15,255 nucleotides of DNA from an uncultured bacterium (GTDB lineage: Bacteria; Chloroflexota; UBA5177; JANWHV01). The notes beneath the pieces are model-generated. The model had not been told where the DNA came from and did no database searches. It saw only the letters and a program-made list of their open reading frames with translations. This document shows, one piece after another, positions 1 to 7,825 of the stretch (positions are counted from its first letter, which is position 1; each line of letters opens with the position of its first letter). Location: contig CAWHAE010000013.1 of assembly GCA_963827235.1 (NCBI GenBank), forward strand, positions 1 through 15,255, written 5' to 3'. The position numbers and the translations under genes are program-made.

Positions 1-67
1 ACGACAATTAGATTTGCCGGTGGCGTCTTTGAAAGTTGCCGGTCAGTCGGGCACGTAGGTTGCCCGG
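1..67 (+). repeat. IS21-family left-end subterminal repeats (terminal TG lies just outside the window)
   Basis: TTGCCGGT at 14-21 and 36-43 (22-bp period) and a degenerate TTGCCCGG at 60-67, directly upstream of istA. IS21 ends typically carry multiple internal transposase-binding repeats. Confidence 0.6.
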
Positions 68-106
68 ATGACCAGACTGTGGCGTCCTCCAAGTACGGAG
101 GACGGC

Positions 107-1592
107 ATGAAGAAAGACGCTGAGGTGTGGATCTTGGAGAAGGAACGGAGCAAAGGAGCCACGCAGGTCGTGGCGGCGGCGCGGGCCGGGATGAGTGAGC
201 GCACCGCGCGCAAGTACGAGCAGGTCGGCAAGCTGCCCAGTCAACTCAAGCGGCCACGGCAGCATCGAACACGGCCCGATCCGTTTGCCAGCGAGTGGAG
301 TTGGGTCGTTGCGGAGTTGCAGCGTGATCCGGCCCTGCAAGCGGTGACGCTCTTTGGGCTCCTGCAGGCCAAGCACCCAGGCCGCTACCAGGAGGGCCAG
401 CTGCGCACCCTGCAGCGGCACATGGCCACCTGGCGCGCGGTGGCCGGACCGGAGCGGGAGGTGATGTTCGCGCAGGTGCATCGGCCCGGCGATCTCGCCG
501 AGTCCGATTTCACCCACATGAGCAGCCTGCAGGTGACGCTGGGCGGCCTGCCCTTTCCGCACGAGGTGTTCCACCTGGTGCTCACCTACTCGAACGTGGA
601 GGCGGCGCACATCTGTGTCAGCGAGAGCTTCGAGTCCCTGGCCGAAGGGCTCGAGTACTGCCTGTGGCAACTCGGCGGCGTGCCCCAGCGGCACAAGACA
701 GACCACATGGGCACGGCGGTGCGGCCATTGAGCGTGGCCGGCCAGGCGGAGTTCACCGATCGCTACCGGGCCTTGCTGGCGCACTACGGTATGGAAGCGG
801 CGGTCAACAACGCCGGCGAAGCGCACGAAAACGGCGACGTGGAACAGGCGCACCACCGGCTCAAACTGGCCGTCGACCAGGCGTTGCGCGTGCGTGGCAG
901 TCGCGACTTTGTCGACCGCGTCAGCTATGTCCGCTTCCTGGCGGAGATCGTGCGCCAACGCAATCTGACCCGGGAAGCACGCTGGCAGGCCGAGCGGGCG
1001 CTGCTGCGGCCCTTGCCCACGACACCGCTGGCCCCGTGCCGTGAGCTGCGCTGCACGGTCACCCACTACAGCACCATCCACATGCTGGAGAACACGTATT
1101 CCGTGCCCTCCCGCTTGATCGGCACGAAGGTGCTGGTGCGCCTGCATGCCGAGACCGTGGACGTCTACGTGGGCACCAGCCTGGTCTGCCAGATGCCGCG
1201 GCTCTTCGGCCGGCAGCAGCACGCCATCGACTACCGGCACGTCATCTGGTCCCTGGTGCGCAAGCCCGGTGCGTTTGCCGCCTATCGCTACCAGCACGAC
1301 CTCTTCCCCAGGCTGAGCTTCCGTCAGGCCTACGACCGGCTGCAGCAGGCACGGCCACGCCAGGCCGACCGCGAGTACCTGCGACTGCTCTCCTTGGCGG
1401 CCAGCACCGCGGAAAGCGAGGTCGACATCGCTCTGGACTTGCTGCTGGAGGCGCAGACCTTGCCGACCTTTGAGGCGGTACGGGAACTGGTGCGGGGGCC
1501 GCGGCCGGTTGCCGTGCCGGCCGTGAGCACGCCTAGCCTGAGATCTGACGCGCTATGACCAGTTGCTCCCCTCGAGGTGCCGCCATGCCTAA
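107..1592 (+). CDS. istA: IS21-family DDE transposase IstA, with a +1 frameshift near the C-terminus (as read, stops at 1558)
   Basis: GGAGGA RBS at 97-102 before ATG 107. N-terminal HTH (AAARAGMSERTARKY), DDE residues in ESDFT / KTDHMG / HENGDVE, and NTYSVPSRLIG. Deleting one base near 1541 gives the typical ending LDLTRYDQLL...RHA* (TAA 1590-1592), which overlaps the istB ATG. Confidence 0.93.
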
Positions 1593-2205
1593 CGTCCTGC
1601 CCACCATGGTCAATCGGCAAGAGCAGCTCCACCGCATGCTGCGCAGCCTCACGCTCACCCGCACGGCAGCCACCTTTGGCGACCAGGCCCTGCGCGCCGC
1701 GAAGGAGAACTTGACCCACGAAGCCTTCCTCTACGAGTTGGTCAGCCAGGAGTGTGAGCACCGCGCCCAGCAACGGGCCGTGCGCCGGCTGCGCCAGTCC
1801 GGACTGCCCCGGGAGAAGACGTTTACTACCCTCGACCTGGAGCACTTCAGCCCGGCGTTGCGGTTGGCGATCGAGCGGCTGCGCACCGGCGCCTTCCTGG
1901 AGGAGGCGATTAACGTCGTGGCGGTAGGCCGGCCGGGGGCAGGTAAGAGCCATGTCGCGGCCGCCATTGCCCACGATCTCATCGCCCACGAGTATCCCGT
2001 GCTCTGGCTGCCCACGGCCACCTTGGTGCAGCGGCTGCTGGCCGCCAAGCGGGACCTGCGCTTGCCCCAGGAACTGGCCCGTCTGGACCGCTTCCCCTGC
2101 CTCGTCCTCGATGACATCGGCTACGTCCAGCACGACCGTGATGAGATGGAAGTGTTCTTCACCCTGCTGGCCGACCGGTACGAGCGCCGCAGCCTGATGA
2201 TATAA
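1585..2205 (+). pseudogene. istB: IstB AAA+ ATPase, N-terminal part, truncated by the inserted element
   Basis: GAGG at 1574-1577 and ATG 1585. Walker A GRPGAGKSH, Walker B LVLDDIGY. Ends YERRSLMI*, with the TAA supplied by the inserted element exactly where ITSN is expected. Confidence 0.93.
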
Positions 2206-2297
2206 GTTACGTGGAATATGGGGATTGGCCGGGGGTGCGGCGGAGCGAGTGGCAGTAGAGTAGGCATGACAGGGTGGCACTGAGAGGCGGGGGCAGG

Positions 2298-3362
2298 ATG
2301 ACAGAGGTACGCTGGGACCGCTATCCGCTTGTCGCAGGCTATCCGGCCACACGCAGTTGGCTCTCCATCCAGGGTGCGGTTGGCCTTGCGCCGAATACCG
2401 TCGATGCGTATGGACGTGCGCTGCACGATTATCTCCGCTATTGCCGGGACCACGACATCGCTGCGGACACCGCCACGCGCGAGCATGTGGTGGGCTATGT
2501 GGGCGAGCTGGTTCAACGTCCCCATCCGCACGGAACAAACGTGGTGGCCTTCGACTCGGGCGCGGGACTCGCCAATGCCACACTGCAACAGCGTCTGGTG
2601 GCGCTTCGGCTCTTCTATGACTATCTGGTGGAAGAGGGACAGCGAGACGTGAATCCCGTGGGACGAGGGCGTTACACCGCCGGCAGGGGTTTTGGTGGTC
2701 AACGCGCACGAGGCTTGGTGCCCCGTTTTACCAAGCTGCCCTGGATTCCGAGTGACGAGCAGTGGCAGGCCATCATCGCCGCCATGCGGGAGGAATCCGT
2801 GCGCAATCGCCTGATGTTTGCGCTCGGGTATGATGCTGCCTTGCGGCGCGAAGAGTTGTGCGCGCTGTGCACGGAGGACCTGGATCCGGCCTATCGGACC
2901 GTGCGCGTGCGGGCCGAGACCACCAAGAACCGTCGGGAGCGCATCGTCCCGTACTCGGCCGTGACGGGGGAGCTGCTGCGTGCCTACCTTGCGCATCGCC
3001 GCACGCTCAGCCTAGCGCGAGGACCGCTCTTTCTGTCCGAATCCCGACGCAATTATGCGGCTCCCCTCTCGCTGTGGACCTGGTCGAAAGTGGTGCACGC
3101 GTTGGCGCTGCGTGCGAGCGTGCCCCAATTCTCTACCCACACCTTGCGCCATTTGTGCTTGACCGACCTGGCGCGAGCAGGCTGGGAGCTGCATGCGATC
3201 GCCACGTTCGCGGGCCACCGGAATCCAGCCACGACCCTGCAATACATCCACCTCTCGGGACGCGAGTTAGCGGAAAAACTGGCGCGGGGCATGGAACAGA
3301 TCCATGCCTGGCGTGTGCGCACGCTGACCGAGGCCGCTCAGGCCGTGGAGCCGGTCCGATGA
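2298..3362 (+). CDS. Tyrosine recombinase/integrase A (~354 aa, TnpA/XerD-like)
   Basis: N-terminal SAM-like region (LAPNTVDAYGRAL). Catalytic set R (LRREE), K (TTKN), HxxR (HTLRH), H (AGH), Y (LQYIH). Purine-rich RBS before ATG 2298. Confidence 0.93.
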   Translation: MTEVRWDRYPLVAGYPATRSWLSIQGAVGLAPNTVDAYGRALHDYLRYCRDHDIAADTATREHVVGYVGELVQRPHPHGTNVVAFDSGAGLANATLQQRLVALRLFYDYLVEEGQRDVNPVGRGRYTAGRGFGGQRARGLVPRFTKLPWIPSDEQWQAIIAAMREESVRNRLMFALGYDAALRREELCALCTEDLDPAYRTVRVRAETTKNRRERIVPYSAVTGELLRAYLAHRRTLSLARGPLFLSESRRNYAAPLSLWTWSKVVHALALRASVPQFSTHTLRHLCLTDLARAGWELHAIATFAGHRNPATTLQYIHLSGRELAEKLARGMEQIHAWRVRTLTEAAQAVEPVR

Positions 3363-5632
3363 GCCGATCCACGGCACCGGCCGCCATCACCTCCCTGGCG
3401 CTGGGTGAAGCGCTTCCCTGGACCTGGCCACTCACCCGTACGGTCTACGATCGCACGCCAACCCTCTCGGGCACGGAAGTGGACGTGCTGGTGGCCTTGG
3501 GTGACGACGTGCGCTGCTGGCGTGACGAGACCAGGCGATTTGTGCCGTTGCTCCGTCTCCTGCAGCCCTTGGTCGATGCGCGTGCTGCCCTTGAGGCTCA
3601 AACAAAGCATGGTCGGCATGCGGCGGATTCGGCGGTCGCGACGTTGTTGCATCACTGCCGCCGCACAGGATGCAGCTATTGGGGCTGGACGCCGGTGCAG
3701 TGGGTCGAGGTACTTGGCACGGATCAGGTGCGCTTTGTCGCTGCACACCCAGGCTGGGTCGACCGGTCGACGCGGTCCTACTTGATTGGGCTGGCCTATC
3801 TCTTGGGCTGCTTTGCCGATTTCGATGCGCTGGGCGGGTTCAAGCGGATTGCCGTGGCGGAGAAGGTCTTCGGGCAGGAGCGGGTGCGCACAGCGCTGCG
3901 CGCCATCGACACGGTGCTCTGTGGCTGGGGCTATAGCCCTGGACAGCCCGGGCGAGGACTGCCGGGCCTACTGGGCGAGTTGTTCCTGCGCAATGCCAGC
4001 CCGCAGCTTGCCGATCTCTCGCTCTCGTTGCTCGCGGCACAGCGCGCCGCGCCGGCCATCACGGCGGAAGATCATGCCCTGCTCTACCAGCTGCACCGAG
4101 GGCTCGCAGCCATGAACCTGCTGCCCTTTCCGTCGGCGCAGGGCGGCGTGTCCCCACCGGTGCAGGGCGTGGCGCCTGCCTGGTCCAGCTGGGTGACCCG
4201 CTGGGAGCGCACCTCCACCCTGGCCAGGGCGACGCGCCAGCAGGTGCGCACGTGCCTGCTCAAAATCGGACGCTGGCTCGCAGCCACCCGGCCAGATATT
4301 GAGGATCCCGCGGCTTGGACCCGCGATCTCTGCGCCGCGTACGTGGCCGCGGTCTCGGCCATGCAGATTGGCGACCACACCCAACGCACCACCGGTCTTG
4401 CCGGGCGGCTCGGGCAGCCCCTCTCTGCTCGTTCGCGCGTCGCGTACCTGGGCGCAGCACGCCAGTTCTTCCGCGATTGCCAGGAATGGGAGTGGATCCC
4501 ACGACGGTTTGATCCGGCGCGCGCCCTGGCGACGCCGCGCAGTATCAAGGCGCTCATCGGTCCCAACCCCCGGGTGATCGCCGACGACGTGTGGGCCAAG
4601 TTGCTGTGGGCAGGCATGAATATCGATGAAGCGGATCTCCCAATCGGTCGCACCGGTGGCCATCCGTATCCGGTCACACTGGTGCAGGCGCTGACGCTCA
4701 CCTGGCTCTTTAGCGGCCTGCGCAGTGATGAGATTGCTCGGCTACGCGTCGGGTGCGTGCGCTGGCAACGGGAGGACGTGCCGGTGCCAGCGCAGGACGG
4801 CGCCATCCTGGAGCAGGACGATGTCTGCCTGCTGGACATCCCGGTCCACAAAACGGGCACCGCGTTCACCAAGCCGGTTGACCCTGTCCTTGGTCAGGCC
4901 ATCACCGCCTGGGAACACGTGCGCCCGGACCAGCCGCCGCTGCTTGACCCACGCACCGGGGAACGCGTCCACTTTCTCTTCTGCTTTCGCGCCAAGCGCG
5001 TGGCCAAGCAATACCTGAACCAGACGATCATTCCGACGTTGTGTCGCAAGGCAGGCGTGCCGGTCGCCGATGCGCGCGGTCGCATCACCAGTCATCGGGC
5101 GCGTTCGACCATCGCCAGCCAACTCTACAATGCCAAGGAGCCCATGACCCTGTTCGAGTTGCAGGAGTGGCTTGGCCATCGGTCTCCCGCGAGCACCCAG
5201 CACTATGCCCGTATCACGCCAACGACCCTGGCCAAGGCCTACGCGGACGCGGGGTATTTCGCACGCAATGTGCGGACCATCGAAGTCTTGATCGATCGTG
5301 ATGCCGTGCAAAGCGGTGCCGCCACCGCCGGCGTGCCCTGGCAGTACTTTGATCTCGGCCCTGCCTACTGTACCTACAGCTTCTTCGACCAATGCCCCCA
5401 CCGCATGGCCTGTGTCCGCTGTGACTTCTGCGTGCCGAAAGACTCGAGCAAGGCGCACTTGCTGGAAGCCAAAGAGAATCTGCAGCATATGCTCGCCAGC
5501 ATTCCGCTCACGGACGATGAACGGGCCGCCGTGGAGGAGGGCGCCGATGCACTCGAGCGACTTGTGGCCCGACTGGCCGATGTGCCGGCACCGCGGTTGA
5601 CTGCTGCACCCCTCCCTCGGGCTCCGGTCTAG
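3359..5632 (+). CDS. Large tyrosine recombinase B (~757 aa, TnpB-like) with a C-terminal Cys cluster
   Basis: ATG 3359 overlaps the upstream stop (ATGA coupling). Catalytic set GLRSDE, VHKT, SHRAR, LGH, QHYA. Ends with YCTYSFFDQCPHRMACVRCDFC and a helical tail. Confidence 0.9.
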   Translation: MSRSTAPAAITSLALGEALPWTWPLTRTVYDRTPTLSGTEVDVLVALGDDVRCWRDETRRFVPLLRLLQPLVDARAALEAQTKHGRHAADSAVATLLHHCRRTGCSYWGWTPVQWVEVLGTDQVRFVAAHPGWVDRSTRSYLIGLAYLLGCFADFDALGGFKRIAVAEKVFGQERVRTALRAIDTVLCGWGYSPGQPGRGLPGLLGELFLRNASPQLADLSLSLLAAQRAAPAITAEDHALLYQLHRGLAAMNLLPFPSAQGGVSPPVQGVAPAWSSWVTRWERTSTLARATRQQVRTCLLKIGRWLAATRPDIEDPAAWTRDLCAAYVAAVSAMQIGDHTQRTTGLAGRLGQPLSARSRVAYLGAARQFFRDCQEWEWIPRRFDPARALATPRSIKALIGPNPRVIADDVWAKLLWAGMNIDEADLPIGRTGGHPYPVTLVQALTLTWLFSGLRSDEIARLRVGCVRWQREDVPVPAQDGAILEQDDVCLLDIPVHKTGTAFTKPVDPVLGQAITAWEHVRPDQPPLLDPRTGERVHFLFCFRAKRVAKQYLNQTIIPTLCRKAGVPVADARGRITSHRARSTIASQLYNAKEPMTLFELQEWLGHRSPASTQHYARITPTTLAKAYADAGYFARNVRTIEVLIDRDAVQSGAATAGVPWQYFDLGPAYCTYSFFDQCPHRMACVRCDFCVPKDSSKAHLLEAKENLQHMLASIPLTDDERAAVEEGADALERLVARLADVPAPRLTAAPLPRAPV

Positions 5633-5780
5633 TGGGCACTGGGCGATCCGATGCACTGCCACCGGCTATGCGCGTCAGTTCTGGGGCTACGCACGAAACG
5701 TGCTGCAGCGTCCCTGCGCACGCGCGCTGGAGAGCATGGCACCAGTCCCGAAAAACGATTGAACCTGTGTCTGGGGGTAT

Positions 5781-5857
5781 CCGGTGCGCCTTGGACAGAC
5801 GCGCTTGGACTTCCAGCCTACGGCGACACCCTCACCCGCGTCTGTCCAAGCGCCCGG
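5781..5857. repeat. Long inverted repeat/stem-loop in the element's 3' non-coding tail
   Basis: CTTGGACAGACGCG (5790-5803) and CGCGTCTGTCCAAG (5837-5850) are a perfect 14-bp inverted repeat with a 33-nt loop. Pairing extends with bulges to CCGG at 5781 and 5857. Confidence 0.8.
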
Positions 5858-6115
5858 CAGGCGATCTCCGCCGGCGGACCGACGAACACTGCTGGCGACT
5901 GGTCCAGTTGCGCGATTGGACGTCGTTTCACGGAGAACTGCTGGCCCGCGCGACTGGCCAGTTGCTCACCCCCTTCCTGTCACGTTGTCTATCCGCATCA
6001 ACGGCCAAATCTCCATGAGGCACCATGGACGAGGCAGCAGGGATGCACCGTTCGGCGACGGCGCCGCCCCGATACCTCTGCCGATAGCACCCGTTACGGT
6101 CATGTGACCAGGTAC

Positions 6116-6143
6116 TTGACACCCAGGGCTAATTCCACATAAT
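6116..6143 (+). promoter_or_regulatory. Putative outward-facing sigma70-type promoter in the element's right end
   Basis: TTGACA (6116-6121), 16-nt spacer, CATAAT (6138-6143). Confidence 0.55.
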
Positions 6144-6624
6144 CACCTCGAACAAGAGCCTGACCGACTGGGGCGCGATTGTCCAGGACGTCTCCTTGGC
6201 CGCCGCCCTGGTCGACCGCCTGATGGACGGCGGCCAGGTCTTCTATCTCAAAGGCCCGTCCTGGCGCACCAAGGACCTGCCCGACCCGCGCGCGGGAGCC
6301 CGGAGGGCACCCCACATGCGTAACGTGACGCATCAGCCGCAGGAAGTCAGCATGCCCCAACCCCGCCAACACGCTGAAAGCCGCCAAGCAACGCACCTAC
6401 CGCACACGCCAGACAAAAGGGAATGCCGCGGTCGTGCTGGCCACAGCCCGGCGCCGCGTGTGCACGTTGAGGCTAGCCAGGATGCAGCCACATGCACGAG
6501 CGAGCGGTGCGGATTGTCCCCCGAGCAGGCCCGTCGCCTCTGCGGTCACAATCTGACGCCGGACGAGTGGTGGCAGCACCTGGGGGCCAAACCTCTATCA
6601 CCAAACGTGCCCGGACTTGGCTAG
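6142..6624 (+). pseudogene. istB: IstB C-terminal part with an atypical ~110-codon extension
   Basis: ITSNKSLTDWGAIVQDVSLAAALVDRLMDGGQVFYLKGPSWR matches the IstB C-terminal pattern (TSN...W...D...A..DRL.HH......G.S[YW]R). The HH is replaced by DG. Confidence 0.85.
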
Positions 6625-6672
6625 GGACTCGACTGGGTTGCGACAGACCTGGTTGCATCATCTCTTCTGCGC

Positions 6673-6975
6673 CTACCTGCTGGAATCCTGGGCGAAAGCC
6701 ACTCTCGGTGCCGGCGACAGCGTGCACTGGGCGTTGGTGTAGCGGCCGGGAACGACGAGCGACACGCGGTCTCGAACATGCACCGTGGACTCCTTGATGT
6801 AGTTGCCCTTTCGATCCTCGACCGTCGACGATGAGGTGAGCATTGCCTCCCGACTGCGCGTCAGGCGCATGTCATACACGGTGAGCACGAATCCGGCTGG
6901 CGTCCGAGCAATTCGAGTTACTGTTGCATCGACCTGTGCGCACATGGTATAGGCCGATCCAAGGTCGGGCGGCAT
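6673..6975 (-). CDS. Small hypothetical beta-rich protein (possibly DUF5666/OB-fold-like), probably 5'-truncated
   Basis: VDATVTRIA...FVLTVYD...LTSSSTVEDRKG...STVHVRDRVSLVV has the same pattern as the domain in 9942-10586. No clear RBS, and the start is uncertain. Confidence 0.35.
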   Translation of the reverse strand: MPPDLGSAYTMCAQVDATVTRIARTPAGFVLTVYDMRLTRSREAMLTSSSTVEDRKGNYIKESTVHVRDRVSLVVPGRYTNAQCTLSPAPRVAFAQDSSR

Positions 6976-7022
6976 GGCACGAGCGTGCGCGGCAGCTCTG
7001 TCGTGTGGGATGTCAATGCGCT

Positions 7023-7340
7023 CTAGCCGGCTCGCCGCACTGCAACCTGCAAGGTAAAGTCCGCGCCAAGGGCCTGGACATAGCGCCGAAGGGTACTCAG
7101 CGTATACGCGTCGTACCCGCGCTTTTCGATGCGGGCCACTTGGGCCTGTGAGACGCCAAGCCGCTTGGCCAGCTCGGCCTGGGTTAACCCTGCCGCCTGG
7201 CGCGCTTCCACGAGTTGCAGCCACACGTCCTTCTTGCCCGCCTCTTCGTCATACACAGCGCGAAACTCGGGGTCGGCCATCTTCGTTGCCCAGTAGTCGT
7301 GATAGTGTTGCCGTCCTTCAGCCGCTGGTCGTTCTGGCAT
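7023..7340 (-). CDS. higA: XRE-family HTH antitoxin (HigA-like)
   Basis: DPEFRAVYDEE...LVEARQAAGLTQAELAKRLGVSQAQVARIE...TLSTLRRYVQALG. Lies 6 nt downstream of the toxin, with an AAGG RBS. Confidence 0.88.
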   Translation of the reverse strand: MPERPAAEGRQHYHDYWATKMADPEFRAVYDEEAGKKDVWLQLVEARQAAGLTQAELAKRLGVSQAQVARIEKRGYDAYTLSTLRRYVQALGADFTLQVAVRRAG

Positions 7341-7346
7341 CGATGA

Positions 7347-7712
7347 TTACCTTCCCGCCTCCCGTGCCTGGAAGGCGATTGCGCGCTTGCGCGCCGTCGC
7401 GACCTCGCGAGCAGGGGTCTTCTGGGTCTTCTTCTGAAAGCCATGCAGATAGACAATCCGGCGACCGGTGAAGAAGAAGTAGATGATCCGATAGATGTTG
7501 GTACTGCTCTCCTCGCGCAACTCCCACAGGTCATCCTCAAGATGGCGCACGAGTGGTTCTCGCGCAAGCACATTGCGCAGGCGGAGCTGCTCCATGGACC
7601 AGCGGAAGCGGGCGAGCGTCTTCACATCGAGTTGGTTGAGGAATGCCTCAACAGGGACTGTGCCGTCCTCTTCAACGTAAAACTCACCCGTCCATTCCTC
7701 TTCCTGCGGCAT
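7347..7712 (-). CDS. higB: RelE/ParE-superfamily toxin (HigB/Gp49-like)
   Basis: EFYVEEDGTVPVEAFL...LWELR...YRIIYFF...IVYLHGFQKKTQKTPAREVATARKR. Toxin-before-antitoxin gene order. Confidence 0.9.
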   Translation of the reverse strand: MPQEEEWTGEFYVEEDGTVPVEAFLNQLDVKTLARFRWSMEQLRLRNVLAREPLVRHLEDDLWELREESSTNIYRIIYFFFTGRRIVYLHGFQKKTQKTPAREVATARKRAIAFQAREAGR

Positions 7713-7747
7713 ATACGGATTTTAGTATATGACGCAGGCGGTGTCAA
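7703..7747 (-). promoter_or_regulatory. Leaderless promoter and palindromic operator of the TA operon
   Basis: Minus strand TTGACA (7747-7742), 17 nt, TAAAAT (7724-7719), 6 nt, ATG (7712). Inverted repeat CCTGCGGCATATAC (7703-7716)-N8-GTATATGACGCAGG (7725-7738) matches 13/14 and brackets the -10. Confidence 0.8.
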
Positions 7748-7825
7748 GGTGAGCCTGCCTATTGGGTGTGCCTCAGATCCCGCATCACAGAATACTACTC
7801 GCGGGCTTGCGCCATGGTATTCCAT

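Larger units (their letters stand above)
1..2201 (+). mobile_element. IS21-family insertion sequence, left part (istA plus 5' istB), interrupted at 2201/2202
   Basis: istA-istB order with overlapping frames and left-end repeats. No matching right end was found in the window. Confidence 0.9.
2202..6143 (+). mobile_element. Two-tyrosine-recombinase integrative element/transposon (Tn554- or RIT-like) inserted in istB
   Basis: Terminal inverted 11-mers TTACGTGGAAT (2207-2217) and ATTCCACATAA (6132-6142) match 10/11. Deleting 2202-6143 gives AGC CTG ATG ATC ACC TCG AAC (SLMITSN) in frame. Only an AT dinucleotide is shared at the junctions, so the boundary can slide by 2 bp. Confidence 0.88.

Noticed and set aside
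2858-3358. 924-aa version of recombinase B starting at 2858
   Set aside because: It would overlap recombinase A by ~500 bp. ATG 3359 gives standard ATGA coupling.
8-5662. Long minus-strand ORFs (8-1297, 1330-2709, 2121-2996, 4084-4872, 4742-5662)
   Set aside because: Antisense shadows of istA, istB and the recombinases in high-GC DNA, with no recognisable motifs.
5804-5836. Hairpin loop as an RNA guide to the target (contains CAGCCT and TCACC, both present at the istB target)
   Set aside because: Matches of only 5-6 nt are expected by chance. It would need guide-target covariation across homologues.
5632-6142. ORFs 5632-6018, 5651-6142 and 5784-6107 as a tnpC-like third gene
   Set aside because: No RBS, shadow-like composition and no HTH or coiled-coil pattern. 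A very divergent small gene cannot be excluded without searches.
6700-6719. …GGTGCCGGCGACA as an IS21-type right end
   Set aside because: It does not match the visible left-end repeats, and a GACA ending alone is not evidence.
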